In this document: positions 43,501 through 55,716 of the stretch, in pieces
Layout: each line of letters opens with the position of its first letter
How positions within the stretch are numbered: the first letter of the stretch is position 1
NCBI GenBank assembly: GCA_964199315.1
Contig: OZ116710.1
Coordinates: forward strand, 13,330,001-13,394,000
DNA from: Orbicella franksi
Taxonomy: Eukaryota
Reading direction: 5' to 3'
DNA: 64,000 bases
Translations under genes and position numbers: made by a program
The notes under the pieces: generated by a model
The model's input: the letters and a program-made list of their open reading frames with translations, nothing else
Told to the model about the DNA's origin: nothing
The model's database searches: none

Positions 43501-43717
43501 CCACTCAGAATTTATGCAAGCAGAATGATATATGTATGTGAACTGTAGGACTAGCAATGTACACAAAACCCACTTTCTGTCATAGCTGATTGTGTGATGC
43601 ATGTAACCCTCAGACCTGTGATGCAGTTTTCAACAGTGTTGTCCTACATCAGAATTTCTTGTTTGTGTTTCAGATAAAGAGTACCTGATGATAGTTATTC
43701 AAAATCCAAGCCAGTAG
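40517..43717 (+). CDS. DYNLRB: Dynein light chain roadblock-type, 96 aa, 5 exons
   Basis: Exons 40517-40519 (ATG only), 40597-40672, 40757-40866, 42850-42907, 43674-43717 (291 nt). Protein [96 protein letters not shown], very close to vertebrate DYNLRB1/2. Confidence 0.97.
42085..42352 (-). mobile_element. tRNA-derived SINE (tRNA-Ser(UGA)-like head)
   Basis: Minus strand: A-box-like TGAGTGAGTGG, anticodon arm GGACTTGAAATCC, B box GTTCAAGTCC, central block CTGGTCTGCCTCCTGCCAGTTGGG, then an AT-rich LINE-like tail. There is no intact acceptor stem, so it is not a tRNA gene. Confidence 0.85.
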
Positions 43718-46127
43718 AAGAGGAACATTTCACAACCATTTCCTTTGTAAATACAACACTGCATCTCAGTTTAATGTTTATGGTATTTTCTGTAGGGTTC
43801 ACCTACCTTAAGCAATGTTTATTTTGCCAAAAATACTACAAACCTTTTTTGGATAATTTAATACCAGTGTTTTATTAAAGTAAGTGAGTTGATTAAAGAC
43901 ACCTCAAGGCAAACTTGCATTCCTCATTTCCCTACAGTGTAGCTGGCTTTATTCAATACTGTCACTGTAGCTGTAAATTACAATAAAATTTATAACATGT
44001 AGACCTTTGTGTTGCTTTTAGTTGCATCCTTCAATTGACTTACAACTGCCTACCCTTTGCATTTAAGATTCTGTTGTGTTACCATGGTAAATTGTTTGAC
44101 TCCTGGGGTAAGGACTGTACAAGTGTGCAGGATACAAATCTACGTCAAGCCTGAATTGCTAAGTAACCGGCATATCGATAATTTTATTAGCCTACTTGAA
44201 TTTACCGCACAGTCACTAAGCACTTTGGCCAAAGACTGTGAGATAAACATGATGATGCACTTGTGATGCACTGTTTCCCGAGTGCATCACCAGGGCCAGG
44301 TGTTTTGAAAACTGATAAAAACTATTCCAGAGTTAAAACTTGGCTAAGCTGTTAAGGCATGACTCACGTGGCAAGTTTATACAGCAATGGCTGTGATTTG
44401 TGCCAACTATGACTGTGATTTTTACCAGTGAATCTGATTCCCATGATGTCTTTTCAAAATCCCATATATCTGATATTGTTCATTTCCAGAAAATATCCAT
44501 ACCCACCCTAAGGAAGGTTAACAGAAATTCCAAGGGGGAAGGGGGTTTCAAAAGCCCAATTTTTTTAAAGGAAACTACATGTATGACACTAAAATGAAAT
44601 TTCTGGAGGGGTATGGATATTTTCTAGAACAACACATTAGCATGTGTCGCAGCTGCTTCTCCCCAATTAAACTCCAGGATCAGTTAGGTTACTGTACACC
44701 TTTAGAGGTGTCTCACATCCAAACAATGTAGTGCATCCAGTGTAAACTGTTGATACGCTAAACCCGTAAATGAAATTAAGGCTTATACAGCTTTTCATTA
44801 GACTATACCAAGAATTTTGAAATATAATAAATTGTCAAATAAGCTTTAATTTGATATAGGGGTCTAGGTATCCACAGTTTAAACCGGATGTGTTACATTG
44901 CAAGACACCGAAAACTATACGATAACCTTTAAATGAAACATTTGGTATACTTTGGAGCTTGGACTGCTTTTCAGCTAAGATTCTCTTTAAACATTTGGTA
45001 GCGCAACTTTCATTTTAGTAGCCACAGTCTGTCTTGACTTGCCTGTGATGGCATTTATTTAACCTGTCATATATCTCAGTTTGTTTACCACACAAAAAGC
45101 ACTGGCCATTTTCAGAACTTTATCTTGCCTTTTTACATGTACATGTAAAGTTAATGTTAATAAATTATTTTTAGTTACTGATACTACAATATATTATTTG
45201 TCATACATTTTGGCATCAATACCTTAAATACATTACAAATATTTTCTTTCAAAAAAATTCTGCTTCATTTTCCTTTTTTATGATAATGGTAAATAAATTA
45301 GATACTGGTAGATGAAAGTATTTTACACCTTTTGCTACATGTATAAAGCAGCATTATTCAAATGATACTCAAATAAATTATCATGTATGTTAGATGAATT
45401 ATTTTCACTTGTGTCATTATGATGCAAATCCTAAACATTTTCTTCTACACCAACATGGAATAATATTAAGAAATATTTTAGGAAGTAGATAAGAAGTACC
45501 TTTGCTACTCTTGTTTCATCCATTTAATGGCTGCTCGTTCCTAAAGGAATTTTTAACTTTGGAAAATAGATACATTTATGCCCGATGAAATTAAATGGCA
45601 TCTCTTTGTCATATCCAAAAATAACAGTCTAACATATTCAAGCAGGCTTTGATATTAACATTATTCTGAGCTTTGAGTGAACAAGTATTGACAAGCTATT
45701 GAGACAGCTTCCAAAGTCAGATTTATCCCTATTATTATAAATTAAGCCATGAAATGGTAAATGTAATGTTTAGCACAGCCAGGAAACCTTTGCATTAATT
45801 TATTCTTTAAATATTATTATAACTTGCCAGTAACTTGTTAAACCAGAGTCGGCCAACTATTTCATATTTAGTAATTATTTGTAATTATTTTAGTAATTAT
45901 AATCAGCCATCTCCGGACACACCGTAGAAATTTATTAACAAACTAGATGTCTTTGGTCATCTTCAACTACGAAGGACAAACAACAACAGTAATTATTTGA
46001 TTTTAGTTTTCTTATATGAATCGCATTGCAGGGAAGGGCAAGTATCTTTTTTGTATGCTTACTTAACAACTTGCCATTACATATTACATATTATGTGACA
46101 TAAAACAAACTTTCTGTACAAAACATT

Positions 46128-46280
46128 AGGCTCATTTAGCAAGAGAACGGGAACGTCACTTGACAATGGTATGCGCAGTACAAACACCCAAATATGGTCA
46201 AGTTAGAACAGAATCCAGGTTATTCCGCGCGCACTGCACAGTCGTCATCCAATGTTCCCGTCCTGTTGCTAAATCAGTCT
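46128..46280. mobile_element. Second copy of the AGGCT(G/C)ATTTAGCAA MITE, ATT on both flanks
   Basis: Reverse-complement homologue of 17246-17396. Confidence 0.85.
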
Positions 46281-47957
46281 ATTAGCATGTTAGGAACTTG
46301 ATCTAACTGTAACATGTTCCTAACCCTATTTATACCCTAAGTCTTCTACTGCACAACAGGCTTTTAGACAGAATATGAAGTTTTTGGGGGGTTAAAGGCC
46401 CCACCTCAGGGGCGTTTAGAAAATACGCTCCCAAAACATTTTCCAAATTCAAGCATGTAAAGCAATTATTCCACATACTTGAGAGCAGATATTTGACCTT
46501 TTCTAAATGTGCTTAATTGCAGCAGTTTTTCTGAAAAAAAGAAATTCCTCCAAGAAGCAGGCATCTGGCTAGAAGCCTGCTTGGGGGTATTGTAAGAGTG
46601 GTCATGTAATTTCCCTAGGATCAAACACACAAGAGTTCGAGAGTTGAGAGCTGACTATCACTCTGGCAATCTTGAATATTTGACACTCTTCCAGCACGTC
46701 TGCATGGAGTCATTCCTCCTCCTCCATTATTGGTACTAGCATAGGGGCCCTTTGTGGGGTGTGGTCCATATTTAGGGAGGGAGTTGGAGTTGCCTGCCCC
46801 TGCTCCCCCAGTAGTTCAGTCATTTCTATGTCATCAGGTGCTGAGTAAAATGGAGATCCCATTGAATAACGTTTGTTGTGAAAGTCTGCATGGATAAGGA
46901 GAAAATATGAATGGATGAATGAAAGGATGATATAACCAGTGTTGTTTGGCCACTTGTTTAATATGAAACAATTTCAATTTGCTATTTACAATTCAAATGC
47001 AGGCTTGAGACAAATGGCAGGGTTTTTTTTTTTCTTTCATAAGTAAAAACTGTAAATTAAGCTTGAAAAAATCCGACAAATTTATTTCACCCTAACTATC
47101 CTTGCAGCTTAGTACAAAAATCTTTCACACTTAAAATTGCAGCAGAAATGTAGCTAGAAAATTAACGTTATGTACAGTTCAGCATGGGCAAAATGAAAAT
47201 ATTACATTGTCAATTTTGCAACTGTGGTGTAACAGGCTTAAAAAAGTCCTCAAAAGCCTGTATCGTTAACACACCTTAGTTGCCCCAAGCACTCTTAAAG
47301 TCTTTCTTTTGTTACAGTTGTTATATGTATCAGCATTGACTATTTAGTAATGCAGTAAGCAAAAGAGAGATTGTTTGCTTTGAGAGTAAGAGCAGCTATA
47401 AAATCCAACAAGGATGTTCAGCTTGGTCACTCTGTAAGAACTATCTTACACTGCTTGATAATCTAACACAGGATTGCATGCAGTTATTCTTGGTTGCACT
47501 GCACATGTTACATGTTAAGTTTGAAATGGTACAAAAAAGACTGTTTTGGTGTATAGGAAGGTCAAATGGAATGGAACTTGGAAAAAAAATTCCAATTTCC
47601 TCAATAAAGTATCAGTAACAAATCCCTGTACAGATTTAATTAATAACTGGACTTTACTAAAGCCACTCAACATCATCATATCACATGTACATGGTACATG
47701 ATCAAGAATGCTTAAATCTCAATTAACATATTGTGAACTGCTTTATATATAGACCTTTCCCATATTCCACTCAAGTGTGTATAAACAAAACCAGCAGAAT
47801 GAGGTTGGGGTGGACATTATTTTTCATTCATTTCTTGTACTTTTGCACACACTGATCTTAACTTGTAACCATTGCTTAATGGAATGTGGGAGAGATAAAT
47901 AATATTACAAGTAGGTATTACTAGCATTTTTCATTTACATGTGTTTATTTTAACTAA

Positions 47958-48151
47958 TAGCCTGTTCCGTGCTCTTGGTAGTTGGAGACGAGTGAAAAAA
48001 GAGGGCGATCAAGAAAAAACGAGGGAGGACTGAGGTGAGGAAGGGTGAGAGGGGCTCTCAGCGTTCCTTGCCTTAGTCCTCCCTCATTTTTTCTCACGCT
48101 CACTCTCTTTTTTTTGTTTGTCCCCAACAACCGGGAGCCTGGAACAGGCTA
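47958..48151. mobile_element. TAGCCTG...CAGGCTA MITE with degenerate 9-bp TSD
   Basis: TIR TAGCCTGTTCC / GGAACAGGCTA. Flanks TTTAACTAA (47949-47957) and TTTAAACTA (48152-48160). Confidence 0.75.
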
Positions 48152-48577
48152 TTTAAACTATTGCTAATTGTCACCTGACAACAACTAACGCAGTTGTCAA
48201 GTAAATCAGATATTTCAAACCTGAATAATTCAACCACGCTAGAGTTAAATAACACACTTGTTTACAAAATATCAGTGCATCTGATTATGCATTATAAAAT
48301 TAACACTGTCACACATTACACTGCCTGAAAAACAGCATAGCAAAATCAAGACTCTAATGTTCACTTTTAAAGTAAACCCAGTTAAATCAAGCTTTTTATC
48401 TCGGGTTTGTAAAACGCCATTAATGTCACATTTCATGTCATTTCATTCTTATTTCCATAATTAGTTGCCAGGTAATAACAGCATTAATAAGCAACAATAT
48501 TATTATTACTAAAATGAATGTGTAAATAAAGAAAGAATAATTAAAATTAAATAGCAATATTACAATTACATGCACCT

Positions 48578-51408
48578 TTATACAAGATGCATTGACAGGA
48601 GGTTTCGATCATTTTCACTTGAACGATTTCTACGATGGTTCTCACCCTTTTTAGGTTTCGGGGGCTTCTTTGCTGTCTTGAGGAACTGGACTAATAATCC
48701 AATGAGCACCAAAAGTGGCCACACCCCCAAAACTATCCACGAAAAGAAGCATGGCTTGAGTCCTTTAAGGTCCTTGTTAAAAACTTTTTGCCAAGTATAG
48801 TCTAACAAACGCAAGTCCTCAATGAAGTAGTCCAATCCTGCGATCATTAGTGCACCACCATAGATTGACGATGTAACAATTAGAAGAACGCGCTTCCACC
48901 AGACACTAGCCCCTGCCAAGAGAACTGGGACTCCGATAACCACAGCCACTGGTATTGAAAGTGTTGTATAACTGTACAAGGATGAGAAACCAAGAAGGAA
49001 AGCCATCGCTAAAGAGAAGCCAGCAACAATGCCGCTAGTGAAGAGTCCACAGAAAATGACGGTGGTACACAGAATTCCTGCAAAGATTCCGACTGCAGCG
49101 GTGATTAGAAGGATGTACTGGATATCTAGTGAACTTCTGATTAGGCATATTAGGTATGTGAGAAGAGCAGCAGATGAAAATCCAGTGGCAAAAAGGGTTA
49201 TTCTCTGGTACTTGAAACCTTTATGCAGAAAGAACAACAATTATTCTTTAATTAAATTTTTAAGCTCATTTGCTGAAATTGCTTGTTTCTATGTGACATC
49301 CTCATTTTTCGAACCTCCAAGGAATAAGAATCAGGTAGTTTGAGAAATGGGGACTATTAATATAATACAGTGTGGGACTGAGAGGAGAGGAATGACGTAG
49401 TTCGAGTTATCAAGGGGTTTGAAAAGTTAAGGGTTTGGTTAATGCAATTCAAGAGTTTTCATTGGCTTAGCCATCATGGTATATGAGCCATTATACCACG
49501 TGCGTAATTTTCTTTTAGGTATTTTCATTTTAGTTTAATTAGTTTTCTATATTTGGTGGGCATTACAAGCAAGATAGAGACATTATCATTCCACTCGCAC
49601 TTGTTGGATGTGAGATCACTATGGCCAACAAGGCACCTACTATCATCTCATATCCAACACATGCTCATGAAATAACAGTTAATTATACATGGTGTCATTT
49701 CAGGATGGGGAAATTTATTCCCTGCCCCCTCAAATGATTACCACCATTTAAAGGAAAATAACCACACCCAACACCAACAACAAAAACACCTCCCTCTATG
49801 ATGGTGCTCTTGTAAGAAAACAGAAACTAGAAAATAATCGTCCCTGGCTTAATTAATATCCAAAGTGTATGGTAGTTGCCTCGTGAATGGTCGTGATTCT
49901 GTGCGCTTTATTTACTGGATACGTCAGAATTTCGGTTAGCCGCCCACACTTTCACTATTTCCTTGCTACACTGTAAATTTGGTAAGCATGAAACAAATTG
50001 ACCCTCGTAAAGCAAATCTTCCCTACCGATCAAAAATATCGATAACTATCTGCACAGAGTACAACCTCTGACTCACAATCAAAAAGCTGTCAAATTTTTT
50101 TAGACGAAATATTGGACCACTTCCCGAAATAATATCTCCTTGACAATTATATCTTATGTTGCTTAGGGACAGTGTTTTGTTTGTAGGAAGAAAACCCGAA
50201 GACAACATTGGAAACTAAAAACAAGAAATGAAGGACTGCTTAGACATAAACAGGAGCTGAATTAGAGTCGATGTAGAGGTTGAAAGTGATATTCTTGAGG
50301 AACCAAAACGTTTCGCGTTGAACAGACGGACGGAAGTGGAGTGACGAAGTCGATTTCTTTTGTTATTTGGTGAGAACACCCACGCAAACCAAATAGATCT
50401 GAGCCAATAAAATGTAAATTAGACAAAATGAGTCATTCCACGTTTTAGGTTTTATCTACATGTACCACCGCTATATTTTAATATGTGGATGAATAAAAAA
50501 TTTACTTTTTCAATCTCTGTACTAAACACGGCGCTGTGGTATCTCTCACAATAAATATTTGGCTATCTGAAATGAAAGTTAGCGTGTTCTACTCGCCCAT
50601 GCAAATACTGTTAAAAGCAGAATAATAAAAGTGCAATCCTGTTAAGACATTCTATTCCGAAACGTGTGAAAACAAGCAAACGTGGCCTAAACAGCTTACA
50701 AGCGATATCCTAAACAACCCGTGGCAGCTCGTTAAGGACTCGAAAAATTACTCTGTTGTGATAAAATGGGCTATCGTTATCGGATCAAAGTCGCGAGTTT
50801 CTGGAAAACATCTCGGACGATCATTTGAAAAATATATAAACCTCCTACTGGAACAGGATCTTTTACCCAACCACAAATACTTACAACGTCTGTTCTCCTA
50901 AATCCCTTTGATTGTTTCGGTTTCGTTTAGAATAGCTTATGTACTTTCAAAATCTTTTTCGTGATCAACGCCGTGTTGTGAACAGTGTATCTTTGGTGAG
51001 ATCTGTAGCCTCACACATTTACAAATGAATAACATACAAGAAGGGTTTCTATCCTCACCGACAATGACGTGGAATCCACCGATTAGTATACAAAGCGAAC
51101 AAGCAATTCCTGGTCCATAAGTGATGGGAAATTCGAGGTCTTTCCACTCACAGCTAAAGGGTTTATCCGAAGTTTCATTTGATGGGTTATTTGTCGTAGT
51201 ATCCGATGTGTTATTCGAAGCCGCGGCGGTCGAAGAAATCCAGTAGAAGGCCAACACCAGCGCGCGCAATGGCGAAAAGAAAACGCGTCCAGATCTCCCA
51301 ATCTACAGTTCAACAGAAATCCAGAAGTGTAATTAGTGAGCAAACAACGAGAGAGTGGCCGAACGTACTCAGCGAACCTTCAGAAATCAAAGCCGCCATA
51401 CTCACCAT
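48578..51408 (-). CDS. TMEM198: TMEM198-like multi-pass membrane protein (DUF4203 type), about 295 aa, 3 coding exons
   Basis: Exons 51408-51406 (ATG|GTGAGT), 51302-51059, 49218-48578 (888 nt in frame). Signal-like N-terminus with NNT/NET sequons, then CSLCILIGGFHVIVGFKYQRITLFATG, GLFTSGIVAG, YGGALMIAGLDYFIE, CFFSWIVLGVWPLLVLIGLLVQF, all matching TMEM198 family blocks. The ATG-only first exon is an inference. Confidence 0.85.
49440..49685 (+). mobile_element. Interspersed repeat, copy 2 of the 16986 family
   Basis: AATGCAATTCAAGAGTTTTCATTGGCTTAGCCATCATGG ... GTTGGATGTGAGATC ... CATCTCATATCCAAC. Confidence 0.7.
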
Positions 51409-54021
51409 TTTGCCGATGCGACGGTCTTAACTTCTTTGTGTACAACAAAATTATACAACAGATTGGATCTTCATCAAGCCCGGGCAGAGATCGTTTCAGC
51501 AGAAAAAAGATGGTATTTTTTCTTCCGTCGTTAGATTGTACTTCGATCTACCTATATCAAGAATCAGCAAGACCCAACAGTTAGGCAGTATATTCGTTTG
51601 GTACCGCAGCGCCGATGTATATTGCATTACCATTGAAGCGATCGACGTGAAGGCGTATTACAAATTAATTTCGGCCATGCATGCAGATATCATGAATAAT
51701 TAACGTGACGTGTCACGCATTCTTTGAAAAAAATCGACTTTTGGAAAGTGTACGAGCCAGCGTGGTGGGATTATCAGCTAGACAGTCTTCAGTGTGGATT
51801 GTTTTTCGAGCAGTTTTTTTCTAACGTTTACCCGTGATATTATAACAACTCTCATGTCGTGATTTCATTTTCATTTTCGTTTTCATTTTGCATTTTTCTG
51901 TCCCAAACATATGCCGGCTCCTGTTCCAAATTAATTTAATCGGACTGAAACCGCAATCACTAAGATTATTACATAACACAGAAAACGGAAAACAGAAAAC
52001 GAAAAACAATTTTACCTTAAAGTTCTATTTTATTAAAAACTGCAAGAAAAATATATATGACAACTAAACATGATAAAACTAGGTGTAGATTCGTGATAAC
52101 TATAGTGGGAGCGCCGCCATCTTTACAGTTTTAAAAAAGTGGATCGGCCATCGGACTTTGTGACTTTCTCAGACAATTGGTAAGTTGATCTTAAAAAGAT
52201 TTTTTTTTCTTTAGACTGGACACTGTATCCAATGAGATATTATAATACTTAGTAAAGGGAAACTGTATCGCAGTCCATCTTGATCAAGTCACCGCTGACA
52301 TGAGCTGACAAGAAAACTGATCCTACTCGAAGAGAAAATGAACCACGAAAAAAATTTAAAATCACTCCCTTCAATTTGTCGTTTCATGTAGTCTACGATA
52401 ACAGAGTCCACAAAGCACCTGCTTTCATTGACAGCATACACAAAAGGAAATTGCAAATAACAGGCTGCTCTATGAATTGACTCCTTCCCCCATAACAACC
52501 ACCATTTCCCGCCCGAACCCCCCCCCCCCCCTTCCGCCCAAGACGCTAAAGACGAGAAAAGACGTACAAAGAGGGAGAAAAGGTTTCTTCATTTCTACGT
52601 ATCTGGTTCAAAATTCCAGACGGATAACTCTAAAAGATTTTGCCGTAAAAATAAATTGAAGAAAGGACTGAATTTATTAATTGAATAGTTGTTGACGGAG
52701 GGTCGGTATCTGAATTGTACCACCAGTTTTTGGCAATATTGAACACGTTAATTAGTTGCAATGGTGAAATTTGTTTTCTTTTGCTTTTTATGCCAGAGTC
52801 CCTCGCTTCTTTCGACAGGAAAATGCGGTTTAAAAGTAACTCAAGAAGGTATTAAGGAAGTCGCATTACAGCTAACACGATTAACCCGCAGACGGAAGGA
52901 AAAATATATCTGCACGCGCGGGCTAATGTAATTTTGAAAGTTGTTCAGGAACAATATAATTTTATAGCGAAGAGGACTTTGCTCAATTGATTCCATTCCA
53001 TACACAAAACACTTATTCCATCCGCTTCTTTAACTGATTTTTCATAGCATTGCTTCATTTGACGTTAAACTGATTATAAAGGTGAACACGGTACTATCAC
53101 TGCAAATCGTCACGAGATACATGGGTCGGTATTTTTTTTAATATCGGAAATTAATCCTACGCGCGCAGATGCCCGGAGCCTCTCGAGGACATCCCTGAAC
53201 GGCAAACCAAAACGCATCAAAACTTTGAACTCACTATATGGGTCATATTTCTTAAAAAAACAACAACAACAAAGAAACAAATTAATTCAAACTGGCAATC
53301 CGCGGCAAAAATCAAGGAAACTTTCTTGCCAACTTCGACGTATCTCTTGATTAACAAGTCAAAATAATTGTTCCTTTGTCTTTGTTTTGTTGAAAAAAGA
53401 AACTGTTTTCTCAGTGAAGTAGCTGGTGATGTCCGAAATGAAAGTTCGCTGAAACTCCTTGACAAATCTTTTATATGTTTTCTTGAAACTGTTTTCTTTC
53501 CTGTAGCATTTTGACAGGATGAATCTCTGAAATAACGGCGAATGAAAACACATGCTGTAAATTGAATGTGAAATTTATCACTTTCTAATAGGCCTAGTGA
53601 GTAAACCATAAATATTGTTTCTGAACATTCTTAGCCACCGCTAAACTTACCTTTTGATATGAAGTTCACGGGGCAACAGCAATTCTCTTTTTTTAAAAGT
53701 CTTTTTTTCCGTAATGAAACCCGACCAAGACCGCTTTTGTTACAACCACGCGGTAAGTAAATGACGTATCTGCTGACCGTTTGGGTGACGGGTTGTGTTT
53801 GTACGTAGCGATTGCGAGTTAAAAATATCGATATGCAAATTAAGTGACTTTCAGCTTCTTTGGTATTTACTTTAAGAAAACACAGCCGTTTGAAGACATC
53901 ATCGGGTCAGGGAAAGCAAAACTAATTGCTTTGTATCAATTTTACTCCGTTTTTGTTTTTTCGCCACAGGTATTTATCATTCAGAAAACTTTGAAACTCA
54001 CTCTTGGTTCCAGCCAGTTAA

Positions 54022-55716
54022 CGGGGAAGGATACTCCCATATATCGGTAAATGTGTATGTGCCGCTGTGAAAGGTATGGTTTTCAGGCAGTTTAGTCTGG
54101 TGTAGGGCATAGAAATCAGACAGTTTTGGTAAAGAATATGGTATAATTTACCGGGAAAGCGAACAGTACCTGGGGTTCTATAATTGAAATTGAAACTTCG
54201 AAACGAAACGAGACTGAAACTTGAAACTTCGAAACTTTGGTTTAGTTAGCGCGTGTTGGACTACGATAGTGATAAAGTTTCTGCATGGAAAATAGCTACA
54301 ATAGCAGTCTGGGATAGGGTAGGGGTGTTTGTTGCCTAGGGACCGGTCATTATTTATCGCCTGGGGGGGGGGGGAGCGGAGGATTTTGGGGGGGATCACA
54401 TGGTTTTCTGAGAAACGGAAAGGGGGATCAGGCGTAATTGACAGGCTCAAAGGGGGGGGGGGGGGGGACCAGAATAAAAAAATGGAATTTCTGGTGGCGG
54501 TGGGATCGCCATGAATATTTAACATATAAAACCATGTCAAATGATCGCCTCCTTTTTTCGAAAATATGCTATTTAATTATATAATAAAATAATCATTTGT
54601 TGTGCATGTAGTATCAGTGACAATGGATTGAAACTGTTTAATTTTTAGTATTTCAAATATCAAAGTTCCATGTTTCAAATTCTTTTATAGAGAATCGAAT
54701 AGAGTCAATGGAAAAGAGTCAATAGAAAAGTTCATTAAACGCGGCCGAACGACGCGGAATTATTAAAAACAACAACAGCGACAAGAAAAAATATACATAT
54801 ATCATAAAACGTGTTTTTTGTGTGTGACTGTTTCACCATCCTGTTCCCATTACGCTTCCATGGCAGACTCAGCCCCCTCATCCAACTCTTGGACTGCTTT
54901 TTCGTCAGTTTCTTCGGGAGAATCTTCGCCCGAGCTTAACCCTTTACCACTTTCCTTGAGACTGGTCACTACCATCTCCATATCATGGGCTAAGTCTTTA
55001 TCAAAAACGTCTTTTTCCGGAGACGCCTAACTAATTTCCCGGTGAACTCTGCATTAATTGCTGTGACGCTTGTAAAATTCTTGTTGTTTTTGAACGAATC
55101 AAAGACTTCTTCAGTTACCTCTCTTGAGGTAAGTTTTCTCTAGAAGCATATATGCCCTCTGCTGTAATCTCTTCTCCTTTGTTTTTTTTACCTTTCTTTT
55201 GTTTTCTTTTTTTCTTCGCGATTGCTTATCTCTTCCGAAGCGAGAGGGAAACTTCCTCTTCAGGTTCATATGAGTAGTCGTCAGCATATTGGAGGCTTTC
55301 TGGAATTCTTCGTACAGCACCTTCACTCGCTCTTGGGCTTCTTGAAAATATTTAAGCTGGTCGCTTGCAAACGTCTTCGGGGTATGGTCTTCATGAAAGA
55401 GCCCCTTTCGCTTGCTGTCAATAAATGATACATGGTGGAGGGGGGGGGGGATCACGGCAGCTGTCAACAGTGTTGAGGGGGATCACTTCGGTGATATAAC
55501 ATTTAAAGGGGGGATCGGCTAAATTTCGCCGTGTTCAGCCCAAAATACTCCGCCCACCCCCCCCCCCCCCCCCCCAGGCGATAAATAATGACCGGTCCCC
55601 TAGCCTAGAATAGAGTTGCAAAATCAAGCTGATCATGGTCTAGTATAGGGTAAGGATTACAGTGTTCCAGTGGTACACCCCACCCGGCAAAGATTTACAG
55701 AGTAACCCCCCCCCCC
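54022..55716. mobile_element. Outer MITE (GGGG..TACTC / GAGTAACCCC ends) interrupted by a nested Harbinger-like element
   Basis: Left end GGATACTCCCATATATCGG..GTATGTGCCGCTGTGAAAGGTATGGTTTTC resembles the half element at about 11580-11690. Right end GAGTAACCCCCCC lies at 55700-55716. Confidence 0.55.
54339..55599. mobile_element. 1261-bp PIF/Harbinger-like element with CTA TSD and decayed coding cargo
   Basis: TIR GGGACCGGTCATTATTTATCGCCTGGGGG on both ends. CTA at 54336-54338 and 55600-55602. An internal minus-strand frameshifted coding-like segment spans about 55430-54850. Confidence 0.88.

Noticed and set aside
52100-52215. YY1-like GCCGCCATCTT and strong donor TTG|GTAAGT at 52180 as the first exon of another gene or of the GPCR
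   Set aside because: No coding frame or credible downstream acceptor could be linked; it cannot be supported without transcripts.
53217-53609. Overlapping minus-strand ORFs (130 and 64 aa)
   Set aside because: AT-rich, non-ATG starts, no recognisable domain or splice support.
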